Assembly (NCBI GenBank): GCA_000091205.1
Contig: AP006499.2
Source: Cyanidioschyzon merolae
Taxonomy: Eukaryota
Reading direction: 5' to 3' (one strand)
Length of the DNA stretch: 64,000 nt
Shown here: positions 34,392-44,872 of the stretch, one piece after another
Numbering within the stretch: position 1 is the stretch's first letter
How the letters are laid out: each line of letters opens with the position of its first letter
The notes under the pieces: model-generated
The model's input: only the letters and a program-made list of their open reading frames with translations
Database searches by the model: none
What the model was told of the DNA's origin: nothing
Position numbers and translations under genes: made by a program

Positions 34392-34802
34392 TGAGCTGGA
34401 AAGCGACTTGATTTGACCAGGATCGTCGGACTTTGAATCGAACGGGATTCGCTTAACGTATTTGGGATATTTAGTCATTTTCATGGGACAGATACGTCGT
34501 TGCAGCCGCAACGGTTTGCGATGAGGCGTTGATACTGCTTTAGACTGATGCGCTCAAACCTAGCGAGCTGTCCTGCATAGCTATACGAGCGCACCGGCAT
34601 TCTTTAGAGTGAATACAACGTGTCGAGATTTGGAGGTACTCGCTTCACCGGCGCACAATATGCCGACGTCGCGATATGCAGCCGATCCCTGAGCTCCTGT
34701 ACAGAGGAGGCAATATCTCCCAGCGGGTAGCTTTTGGAAATTAATCCGTCGAAAATTATGGGAATCTGAACATGTACATATGATTGGTCACAATGAGGCT
34801 AA

Positions 34803-36043
34803 AGCACCCGCCGTAGCTCGGTTGCAAGGGACTCCACCCCCGCCCGGTCGACCGCTCGCCAATCGTCCGGCCGCATGCAGCGTCACTGGCGGACCCAAGT
34901 ACCAAACGCCCCGTGCGAAAGGCACAGCGCCATCGCCGATGGCCCGGGGGCCGCTGCGCCGGCGCACTGACACCCAAACAAGATGCGTCCCGCCTTTACG
35001 CTCCATGATTGATGAATCTAGCCTGACCTTCCCGGATGCGCGCATGCTCTGGCGAGCAACAGCGGTATACGCCGTCAGCTCCATCCGTGTGCCATCGCCA
35101 GCCGCAGCTTTCGCCGCTCGCGCGCGCACGCACGAGCATGGCTGCGGACGCACACGCACGCCATGCGCATCTCAGCTATCATAGGCACAGGGAATGAACG
35201 TCGCTGGTGCGGCCGCGCGCTACCATATCGTGCAGCCGCATTGCAAATCAAGTCGCACACGCATCACCCGATACATGCGACGTCTGGCGCCGCTGCACGC
35301 TGCCCACAAATCATCGCAACATGATCGGAACTTGCCAGCGCCGGTGAATCTGCATGCAGCGCGCCACAGTCCAGATATGAGTACGAAGCGGGACTTTCGC
35401 GCTCTGTATGGTCGATCCCAACTGTAGCGTACAGCACGTCAACTGGCGGTCCACAGAACGGCGCATCGATTCCGGCTTCGTTACTTTGCAAAACGCTACA
35501 AGCGTCTGCGCGGTTGAGTCGCTCCTGCTGCGCGGACGTTACTGCATATGCCCCTGTTGCGTCTTTCTGAGACTGCATAGTGTGTGCGTAGACGCACGCA
35601 GGCGCACATCGCGGGCGTTGTCCATCCGGTCGCTCTTCAGCATTGCATTTCAGTAGCATGTGCGCCGCACATCAAACATGAATCTATGCGTGCGCATCGA
35701 GCGCGGCTTCCTCGGAGCCCAGCTTCCGCTGCAACGGAACACGCCGCAGCTGTGGGCAGAGGCGCGCTCATCGCCAGTGATGAGCGTACATGTGTCGAGC
35801 TGTTATTCGAGCGCACACAAGGAGAACTTGCATGCCGAGAATTTTCGCTCAGGGTGCCCTGAGATGGTGCTCGTGTGGGGTCATCAGGCGGACCCAGCAG
35901 TTCCTCCGTTCCATCAAGAGCCGAGTGAATAGCGGAGACTACAAGCGCTACCGAGTGACCCATGAGGCATCGCATGCTCCAGGCGCAGACGCTAGCAGTC
36001 GGGGCGCGTGCAGCGCAAGTGTCATATCAGGAGAGATGGTTTC
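34803..36043. repeat. Inverted-repeat arm A (~1.24 kb), partner of 39800..41037
   Basis: Reverse-complement identity is seen through identical or near-identical ORF translations on opposite strands (e.g. 35637..35975- equals 39868..40206+; 34788..35159- equals 40684..41073+), with only a few substitutions. The boundaries were mapped by loss of complementarity. Confidence 0.8.
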
Positions 36044-36618
36044 GGCCCCGCTCAAAAACTCTGATTTGGGATCTCAGTGATATGGGACTGAGCGGGGAGC
36101 GCGCATGTTTGCATAAATCTGTTCCAGATCGCCTGTGAAGTTCCCTCTTTCCGAGCAGATGTACGAATGAGGAACCAAGTGCAATCTTCCCGGATTTTCA
36201 GGATATCTGCTCAGCATGATCCAGGGTGAATTGCGCGATCACTCTACATATTCCAAGTTGTCTTCCACAAAAAGCATGAAGAATTCGGGTCATTCAGAAA
36301 CCAAGAAGCAGTATGCTAGTGCAAAACGAAACCGTGCTCATCACGTGCCGAACTTTTTTAAGAGCGCGCACGATGCTCCTTGTTATGCTTGCAGACCAAT
36401 GCGTGGAGCAAAGTAGTGCCCGCTTACCTAAATGCGGAGAGCAATCGCGCATTGAAACGATCCCTGCTAAGACTAATTGAGTTCTAGCCATGAAAATCTA
36501 CATAAAAGATTACTACTGGCTCTAAGCACAGCATGCTCGACAGGAAAAAAGCTCATTTCACGAAAATTTCCGAACTGATTCTGATCCGGAATGAAAATAC
36601 TTGAAAAAGAGAAAGCGT

Positions 36619-38538
36619 CTAAAAAGCCGGCAAGAATGCCTTGTCGCGTGCCAGCGGATTTGCTCTGCCATCTTGGGGTCCATTTCTGAGCATCTGAAGA
36701 ATCAAGACGGATGATAAAATGAAACCGATGTGACGCACTCGGACGTGTGATGGCACTAATGATCGCACTTTCAGACGAGGACGATCGCGGTTTCTCAGAA
36801 ACACATTTTCACCAATGGTCACAAAACGATCGAGGAAAGAGATCCCGTTGGGAAGAATCAAATTACCCGCCGAATCCCGCGGACAAGACTCCGAGTTTTC
36901 GACTACACAGACAGGAATGAATATATCCCTTCGACCGGATACGCGATGTACTTCCTCTTGTGCAAGATGCATCCTTCTAGCAAGATTCTCTTCAAATGTG
37001 AGGCCCTCTGGAGGGAGCGCATACCCATGTGTGAAAACCAGTATGCATCGCTCCCATACTCCACCATCGAAGAGACTCTTCAGTTCCTCCAAAACTAGCC
37101 TGAAACAATGGGATCGGTACGAATCCAGTCGCTCTATAATGCAGACAATGTCGATTTCCAAACCGCGAAGCGCAGCTGCGACACTCTCGCATGTTCCAGC
37201 GCGGCTCCATTTCTTAGAATCCTCCCCAGCTTCATCGTAAAAATATTTTTCAGAGGAAGGGATCTCAATCAAACGCAGAGACATCCCTTCCTTTTCTACA
37301 GGATAAATCAGAACGTTTTCGTTCGGCGAAGGAACGAATTCAGTCTTGCGATTTGGATGCGCTCTTTGTTCCCTTTCACGTTCATACGATCGCTCTTCTA
37401 TTACTTCGAGCCCATGCTCTGGATCTCGTTCTAAAATCTCATCATCCGATAGTATGAGAGCCATGGTGTGGTTGGTTCGTGCGACAGGGCTTCCAAGAAT
37501 GCGGTTAATTGTGGCAGACTTTCCTGCACCGATCGTGCCAGCGAAAAGAATAGTGGCATCTCGAAATGGAGAATGCGCGCGAACGACGTCCACTAATTGA
37601 TTTACAGTGGCGCACCCTGGCCGCGAATCATTCCCAAAGCCGCGAATGATTTCCTCATAGTTCCTTCTTTGGAGACCGACTTGCTTCATGCAAGCTGTGA
37701 ATGCTTCCGAGTCCGTCTTTTCGGCGTAAGCACAAAGCACTTTGCACGCAAGGTGCAGATTTTTTCCTTCAATAACGTCTTCTGGCTCAAACAGTGCATT
37801 GGCATCGAGCCCCGCATTCCGTGCAGAATCCAGAAAGAGCTGAATGCACCGCCGCATGCTGTCCAAATTCCGTGCATCTCCAGAGCACGGAGCGTCTATT
37901 CCGGCAATATGCAAGAAAACGTTAGGGTCGCTGAGCACAGCCCGAAGCCCGTTTGAAGAAGATTCCGATGCGCCTGTTTTTCGTGCGATCCACAACAGGC
38001 AGAGCCTTTCCAAGGCTTTTTCAGTGGCATCTGGAATAGCTCCCCAAGGTTGCTCCCCACAGACCTCCGACAGCGAAGGCTTATCAGAAAGCGTAGGGCT
38101 GGGCCCCTGCTGCCAACTCGACCCAGACTCTTTGAGATCTTTGCTATATGGCGCTGGGCTTGTCACCACGAGTGCTGCGAGACGAGACAGGTTAAGCTCT
38201 TGCTTCACGTGTATACCCATGTTGTAAAGATGTCGCTCATCGGATATGAAGAATTCTCCGTCAGCTGCGTTTTCCGCTCCGTGTCCTTCAGATTCCGTGC
38301 CTTTTCGGGACTGGCTAAGCACCCCTGGAAGAAGATTACGCCGAAAGAGTTGGCGCCGACGTGACCGAGTTCGTCCTGTGGAAGGCCTCGAGCCTCTCGT
38401 GGTTTTATCCGAGTCGGCTGTGCGCCGGCCAGAGACGTCGCGCCTTTCAGCAGCATCATCACCGCGAGGCTCGACACGCTCTGCAAAATCCAGTCTGACT
38501 TGTTCTCTAGTCTGCGGAGAGGTAAAGCTCTCCGTCAT
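36619..38538 (-). CDS. Toc34/Toc159-family GTPase (chloroplast outer-envelope translocon receptor-like; AIG1-type G domain) with an N-terminal extension
   Basis: G1 motif FAGTIGAGKSATIN. Then ...IDIVCIIERLDSYRSHCFRLVLEELKSLFDGGVWERCILVFTHGYALPPEGLTFEENLARR..., which aligns closely with Toc34 (IDVLLYVDRLDAYRVDNLD..GKGIWNKAIVALTHAQFSPPDGLPYDEF.SKR). The annotated N-terminus (38507-38538) overlaps the TnpB-remnant tail, so the true start is probably an internal Met. Confidence 0.6.
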   Translation of the reverse strand: MTESFTSPQTREQVRLDFAERVEPRGDDAAERRDVSGRRTADSDKTTRGSRPSTGRTRSRRRQLFRRNLLPGVLSQSRKGTESEGHGAENAADGEFFISDERHLYNMGIHVKQELNLSRLAALVVTSPAPYSKDLKESGSSWQQGPSPTLSDKPSLSEVCGEQPWGAIPDATEKALERLCLLWIARKTGASESSSNGLRAVLSDPNVFLHIAGIDAPCSGDARNLDSMRRCIQLFLDSARNAGLDANALFEPEDVIEGKNLHLACKVLCAYAEKTDSEAFTACMKQVGLQRRNYEEIIRGFGNDSRPGCATVNQLVDVVRAHSPFRDATILFAGTIGAGKSATINRILGSPVARTNHTMALILSDDEILERDPEHGLEVIEERSYEREREQRAHPNRKTEFVPSPNENVLIYPVEKEGMSLRLIEIPSSEKYFYDEAGEDSKKWSRAGTCESVAAALRGLEIDIVCIIERLDSYRSHCFRLVLEELKSLFDGGVWERCILVFTHGYALPPEGLTFEENLARRMHLAQEEVHRVSGRRDIFIPVCVVENSESCPRDSAGNLILPNGISFLDRFVTIGENVFLRNRDRPRLKVRSLVPSHVRVRHIGFILSSVLILQMLRNGPQDGRANPLARDKAFLPAF

Positions 38539-38824
38539 TTACGGTGCCCTGGAGGTGTCGAGTCCTGCAACTATGCACCTGAGACGCAGCTGAACGAAGC
38601 CCAAACGTTCTGCAGAATCTGAGTAAATTAATACCGGCGTGCAGACGCATACCAACTTTTTTTGACCGTCTCCATGCTATCGGTTTCAACTTGTCATTGT
38701 ACAGCTCGATCCTGAGAGGTTGCCCCACAAAGTTGACTCTTGTCAGCTCCTTGGGTCTCATTTTCAGCACCGCACATTTTCTGATATTGATGATGGCATG
38801 GAAGTCTCGGTTCACGAACTCCAT
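38400..38824 (-). mobile_element. 3'-terminal remnant of a TnpB/Fanzor-like element, copy 4
   Basis: Minus-strand ORF MEFVNRDFHAIINIRKCAVLKMRPKELTRVNFVGQPLRIELYNDKLKPIAWRRSKKVGMRLH.. (RuvC-III plus a conserved tail). The downstream nucleotides ...agttgaaaccgatagcatggagacggtcaaaaaaagttggtatgcgtctgcacgc... match the tails of copies 1-3. Confidence 0.5.
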
Positions 38825-39799
38825 GCGTTTATTGCCTCTGGATCAACGCACTATTGCTAGAGTTCCTCGAACTCGTACCCACTGTCCCACTACAGTCTCG
38901 TCATCCTCCCGTTGGGCATACATCTTTTGCTCAGTTGGCTCCCCTATTTTTCTTCGTCTTCGTTATTTCCTCTTCTTCGCTGCATGGTTGGCGAGAACGA
39001 GATGTTCCGTTTATTACTGCAGTCATCGATGACGGCCCTCAAGGATTCGCAAATTCCAGATCCATAACATTCTCACAGATTTTTACTTTTGGAAAAGAAC
39101 GCACTTAGAACGTATTTACTGAAACCTGGGAAAAAGCATTTGCTTACGCTCATCTGCGGACGGAACACAGATGAGGTGCAAGCCTCGAAATGACGCGATC
39201 GCAAATTTGCACAGTCCATTCGGTTTGGAAAGTCTTGATTAGAAAGTCTTCTGCTCTACTAGAACGAATCCGGATATGCTTGGGAGGACGCTGAGTTTAT
39301 TAAAGTCAAAAGTGGCCAGAAGTGCCCCGTTTCTTCACGCGAAGCATGGACCGCAGAACTACTACAAAGGAAACCGCTGTCGTCGGCTGGGTCGACACAC
39401 GCGCAAGGGTGGGTACGTCGTAGACCACGCAAACAAGGTCCCTGACTTCAGAATACCGCAAATTCCAGAAGATTTTCCACTGAAACCATATGTTGCAGTT
39501 GGTTCGTAAAGGTTTCTGGGGCTACGTTTGGACACCTTTCGTCGTGGCGAGGGAAAAATCTGCAGGGAGTTTCAAATAACGCTGCAATATGGACGACTAT
39601 GATGAGAAGACGCTTCTTTCCCCAACTGAGGCGCAACGGTTTTTACACCACTGCCAATATGACGATTAAGGCAAGTACTTACCTCTGAGAGTCCTGATGC
39701 AACCCTGTCAAAAACATATAGCGCAAAAGCACGAATAAGGTCACGGTCCTTCTGTGAGTGGCAGTATTTCACAACGTTGAGTTTTACTCGAAGCAGCTG

Positions 39800-41037
39800 G
39801 AAACCCTCTCTCCTGATATGACACTTGCGCTGCACGCGCCCCGACTGCTAGCGTCTGCGCCTGGAGCATGCGATGCCTCATGGGTCACTCAGTAGCGCTT
39901 GTAGTCTCCGCTATTCACTCGGCTCTTGATGGAACGGAGGAACTGCTGGGTCCGCCTGATGACCCCACACGAGCACCATCTCAGGGCACCCTGAGCGAAA
40001 ATTCTCGGCATGCAAGTTCTCCTTGTGTGCGCTCGAATAACAGCTCGACACATGTACGCTCATCACTGGCGATGAGCGCGCCTCTGCCCACAGCTGCAGC
40101 GTGTTCCGTTGCAGCGGAAGCTGGGCTCCGAGGAAGCCGCGCTCGATGCGCACGCATAGATTCATGTTTGATGTGCGGCGCACATGCTACTGAAATGCAA
40201 TGCTGAAGAGCGACCGGATGGACAACGCCCGCGATGTGCGCCTGCGTGCGTCTACGCACACACTATGCAGTCTCAGAAAGACGCAACAGGGGCATATGCA
40301 GTAACGTCCGCGCAGCAGGAGCGACTCAACCGCGCAGACGCTTGTAGCGTTTTGTAAAGTAACGAAGCCGGTATCGATGCGCCGTTCTGTGGACCGCCAG
40401 TTGACGTGCTGTACGCTACAGTTGGGATCGACCATACAGAGCGCGAAAGTCCCGCTTCGTACTCATATCTGGACTGTGGCGCGCTGCATGCAGATTCACC
40501 GGCGCTGGCAAGTTCCGATCATGTTGCGATGATTTGTGGGCAGCGTGCAGCGGCGCCAGACGTCGCATGTATCGGGTGATGCGTGTGCGACTTGATTTGC
40601 AATGCGGCTGCACGATATGGTAGCGCGCGGCCGCACCAGCGACGTTCATTCCCTGTGCCTATGATAGCTGAGATGCGCATGGCGTGCGTGTGCGTCCGCA
40701 GCCATGCTCGTGCGTGCGCGCGCGAGCGGCGAAAGCTGCGGCTGGCGATGGCACACGGATGGAGCTGACGGCGTATACCGCTGTTGCTCGCCAGAGCATG
40801 CGCACATCCGGGAAGGTCACGCAAGATTCATCAATCATGGAGCGTAACGGCGGGACGCATCTTGTTTGGGTGTCAGTGCGCCGGCGCAGCGGCCCCCGGG
40901 CCATCGGCGATGGCGCTGTGCCTTTCGCACGGGGCGTTTGGTACTTGGGTCCGCCAGTGACGCTGCATGCGGCCGGACGATTGGCGAGCGGTCGACCGGG
41001 CGGGGGTGGAGTCCCTTGCAACCGAGCTACGGCGGGT
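39800..41037. repeat. Inverted-repeat arm B (~1.24 kb), partner of 34803..36043
   Basis: See arm A. Near-perfect reverse complement. Together the arms bracket a 3.76-kb unique core holding the Toc-family GTPase gene and the TnpB remnant. Confidence 0.8.
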
Positions 41038-42253
41038 GTGCTGTATTTAGTTTTCATGGGTCGGAGGAGGTAACCTTCGCGATGCCGCTCCATGCGTCGC
41101 GACCGTATTGGAGAGAGCCACATTGTACCAATTGGCATGATGAACTGACCCGTTTGCGTAGATGCAACTAGCATTGAAAGAAATCGCAGCACGACTTCAT
41201 GAAGGATCCGAATCACGAAAATCGATACCACAGATTAATTGAACTTCCTCCAGTGCGCATTGGCCTTCTACACGGAGAATGGAGTATACTACACCGACGT
41301 CGAACTGCGCGACAATCTTCCATCTATTCGTCTTCATAGTCCAATCGGATAGATTACACCCGGGGTCCGAGAAAGATCCCTCAATTTTTGTGCGGGGCGT
41401 CGAGTCCACTGCGTCCAGTTCATTCTGTTCAGGGATCGTCTCCCTTTAGCTACGGCACGCATGTCCAACGCTTCGTGCATGATTGCGAAAAGGGTCTCAT
41501 GGAGGCTGAGCCCCCGATAGACGAGACCCCAATCAGTTCCGGCCAAAATGGTCGCGAAGTATTGTTGCTACGCAGGTTGCCGCACCCTCTGGTGGGACGC
41601 CTACTGCCCGCCAGCGAACGCGAGCGCTCCTATCTAAAAAATAGACGTAAGCGCTAAAACGGTTTTCGATGTGTAAAAGGCTTAGAAACTCCGTGAAAAG
41701 TTTGTCCTTCCGTGAAGGTGTGTAAATCAGACTCCCAGCAGGCAGCAACTGTTTCTGAAAACCTACCAGAAGGCGATCAAGCAGCCTTTCATTTACTGTT
41801 AACTCATATATGGGAAGTCTTTTTTCTGCCTCAGTCAGAATTCCGCGCCATGTGTCTAGTGCCTGTTGAGAAAACGCACGAAAGCCCAAAAGAAGCCAGC
41901 TTTCCTGCTTCCCTCCACTGGTAAGGTATGCGCGAGAGTCCTTAACGACAGTGCTTTTCCCTGCAACTTCGAATGCGATTTCCGGAAAGAGCCGCGCTTC
42001 CTCCGTTCGGATAAGACTAGGCAACAAGAAACTGTCCTTTAGACCGCGGATAACCTTCGGCGACAACCTAGTCATGAAACCAGGACGCTACGAGGCGCAT
42101 ACAGACGATAGAAATTTTGCCCGCATTCTAGCCACACGCCGCTCGCTCGCCGAAATGCACTGCAGGCAGCTGCTAAATAGATGACAAACGCTTAAATGCG
42201 AAGCAAAACAGACGCTGCTACAATGATCCATCGACGGCTTCTCGGGGCATTCG

Positions 42254-44872
42254 TTATGGAAACTCATAGGCGACTTCCAAAAGAGCAAAATCACATCCCG
42301 GTGCCGCGCGATACAGAGCCAGCAGGCAAGCCATTGGTTTGTTACGAATAGCGGCGAGTCCCTTCTCACGTAGCGAGCCGCGCAAGCTTGCGCCGAAGCG
42401 ACCCAGAAATGCTGTGCGTTTGTTGTAAGTTTTGGCGATCCCTGACCCGAAAACAGTTCTTCCAGGGGTGATGACGACAGGGATCCAGCTATTGTTGTCA
42501 TTCAGAGCGCGAAGGTGCCCAATGTGAATCTCATCGAAGTAAACAGTAGCGAATGAGGATCCTGCTAGCCCTAAAGCCTTCGCTTCCTCGAGCTGAGCCT
42601 TCTCAGGTTTTGAGGTGGATCTGAAGCACGAAAGATATCCGTATACCAGAACCTCTCGTCTTTCTCGTAGAAAGATTTCCGACTGGACTGCTCTAAGTCG
42701 CTCAAACTCAATGCAAAGGTTTTCAATTTTCTCCTGGCCTCCATACAGTGCTGCTAATTGCTCTAGCGTGTCAGTGTATCGAAAGGTGCTATGCTGGATC
42801 CTTCCAAGTGCGAATGTTTGACGTATCTTGACAGATTTTTTCCCCTCCGAGGATTGAATCCATCGAGCTAATGCCAGTATACGACGAACAAGACGATCCT
42901 GCAGAATTACTTTCGGAATATTTTCAGGGAGGCTCGTGCCCTCCGTTCTTTTTTGCTGTTCTCTTACTCCATCTAGCAGGTACATTGAGGTCCATCGGGT
43001 CGAATGTACCTCCATGATGCTGACACCATCAAAAGGAGCATTGTACAGCTCTCGCTTTTCGAGGGATGTTAGCAGGATTGCCGCACCTGGAACGCAGATA
43101 GCATCAAATGCATCGCGTTGGGAGGTTTCATAAAGGCGAATGCAGACGTCTCGCGCTTCGGATCCATCGCGCGCCAAAATGATTCTATATTTCCTAAAAA
43201 TGTAGTAGTCATCTGATGCACTCAGTATTTGCGGTGCACTCGTCCGTTCTGCAGACCTGTACGTCCCGCGCTCTCGATACAGAGGTGACACATGTGTCAC
43301 AATGCATGCTAGAGAGAAATACGAGCGGTCGTCCCATGCATCCAGAGCGCTGGTAAGAATGCAGGGGTGGTAGAGTTCACCCGTTCGACCACCGCCAAGC
43401 TTTGCAATAGGTCCGAAATCAAGTAACTCCTCATAATTATCTGAAAGCTTCCGAATAATGCCCTGGGGCGATGATGCATTCAGGTGAATCTCGCCTCTGC
43501 GTACACGGTAATTCTCTATGATAAGGATGTCACCGAGTTGAATGTGATAAAAATATTTGGAACAAAGCGAATTCCACACGACAACAGTAGCAGAATCCGC
43601 ACCGTCACCTATCTCAAATTCGAATTTGAATGGCACTGACTGCCGCATGTCACTCTTTTTCGGCCATGGCATTAGGGACGTCTTTCTGAGGACGCGCCCG
43701 ATGATTGGTCGCTTCACGTCTCCCATCAGCGCCCTGGCGATGCGCACCGCTGCACTAGTGACTGATTTAATCGAAGCTGGGTCTTCGACACGCTCTACGT
43801 TGCTAGGGTCTCGCAATCTGGAATCGACAGGTAAGGCATCAAACGCTCCAGGACCAAGATAACTCTTTCTCGACGATGCCAAAGGGACATTTGCAGCAGT
43901 CTCAAGCGGGGTGGATGACGTTGTCCAAGCGCATGTCAGGGGAACGTCTATCCAAAAATCCTCGTGGGGTCGACGTAGTACGAGACAGTCATACACAACG
44001 ATTACTCGAGGCGGGTAGAGTCCGCGCAATTCGTTGAAACGAACTGACCATTTTCTTATTTCTAAAATGCTCCCTCGATCTAGGTCACCGGACTGGACGA
44101 TTGAATTCAAATGTGGGTGTAGGCAAAAGCGTGTTTTCGTCTGCTCAACCGGATTGCAGACGGTAATGTCATACGCATCTGCATCCATCTCAGGGATTTC
44201 ATCTTTTGTGCCGTTGACCGTAAACCAATAGGCTTGATCCCGGATATAATGCCGGACGCATAGAACTAGGAACACGATTGAACCGCGGCATTCTTCCCCA
44301 GGAGCACACTCGTGGAGCTTTTCCGTGCCAGCAGTCGTGAATATTTGGTCTCGTTCCTTTGGCTCTGAAGAGCCGCTCTGAACCAGGCTTGAAGAGGCTG
44401 AAACCTGACCTGTGTTGGACTTTGCAAGCTTTTGATTTGCGACTTTTAACGTGCCCTCCCTCGGCCGCTTGCGCTGGTTTCCACGGTTTCCAGTCTGTCG
44501 CTTGCTGCGTGAGTCCCGCGAGTCAGACCCTTCGACCTGTACTGTACGATTCTCTACAGCCTTCTGCAGCGGCTTTGCTCGACTCTTTTGCAGCTCTTCG
44601 TCTTGCCTCCTTTGGAAAATAGGTTTCACATAGTCATCAGCCTTGGTGTCGCCGAAGCGTCCACTTTTACGAGGCATTAACCGTTCTGTACGAGAACGTT
44701 TGTTGTTTTCTCGGATACACTCGCAATCAGAAATTTGCGCCACATTCAAATTGGGCGCGTGCTGGACAGATGGTGCATCATAAGCACAGGATGTATCCAG
44801 CTGCGCGCAGCTTCCGCCTATATCAGTCAAAGATAGAATAGACCCCGTGAGGAAAGTCGGACGTACTCGCAC
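42254..44872 (-). CDS. Large hypothetical protein with possible OB-fold-like segments (RMI1/RPA/CST-like?); function unassigned
   Basis: 872-aa uninterrupted ORF with a basic/acidic low-complexity N-terminal third. The C-terminal part (...SFATVYFDEIHIGHLRALNDNNSWIPVVITPGRTVFG...) looks like a nucleic-acid-binding OB-fold, but I cannot place it. The first ~22 codons (44805-44872) lie inside a dispersed repeat, so the true start is probably an internal Met (~44677). Confidence 0.4.
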   Translation of the reverse strand: MRVRPTFLTGSILSLTDIGGSCAQLDTSCAYDAPSVQHAPNLNVAQISDCECIRENNKRSRTERLMPRKSGRFGDTKADDYVKPIFQRRQDEELQKSRAKPLQKAVENRTVQVEGSDSRDSRSKRQTGNRGNQRKRPREGTLKVANQKLAKSNTGQVSASSSLVQSGSSEPKERDQIFTTAGTEKLHECAPGEECRGSIVFLVLCVRHYIRDQAYWFTVNGTKDEIPEMDADAYDITVCNPVEQTKTRFCLHPHLNSIVQSGDLDRGSILEIRKWSVRFNELRGLYPPRVIVVYDCLVLRRPHEDFWIDVPLTCAWTTSSTPLETAANVPLASSRKSYLGPGAFDALPVDSRLRDPSNVERVEDPASIKSVTSAAVRIARALMGDVKRPIIGRVLRKTSLMPWPKKSDMRQSVPFKFEFEIGDGADSATVVVWNSLCSKYFYHIQLGDILIIENYRVRRGEIHLNASSPQGIIRKLSDNYEELLDFGPIAKLGGGRTGELYHPCILTSALDAWDDRSYFSLACIVTHVSPLYRERGTYRSAERTSAPQILSASDDYYIFRKYRIILARDGSEARDVCIRLYETSQRDAFDAICVPGAAILLTSLEKRELYNAPFDGVSIMEVHSTRWTSMYLLDGVREQQKRTEGTSLPENIPKVILQDRLVRRILALARWIQSSEGKKSVKIRQTFALGRIQHSTFRYTDTLEQLAALYGGQEKIENLCIEFERLRAVQSEIFLRERREVLVYGYLSCFRSTSKPEKAQLEEAKALGLAGSSFATVYFDEIHIGHLRALNDNNSWIPVVITPGRTVFGSGIAKTYNKRTAFLGRFGASLRGSLREKGLAAIRNKPMACLLALYRAAPGCDFALLEVAYEFP

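Noticed and set aside
34788-35659. ORFs within the inverted-repeat arms (e.g. 34788..35159-, 35264..35659-, 40659..41231-) as candidate transposase genes
   Set aside because: No transposase, integrase or nuclease motifs. High-GC sequence yields overlapping ORFs on both strands. The longest (190 aa) extends only because it runs out of the arm into unique sequence.
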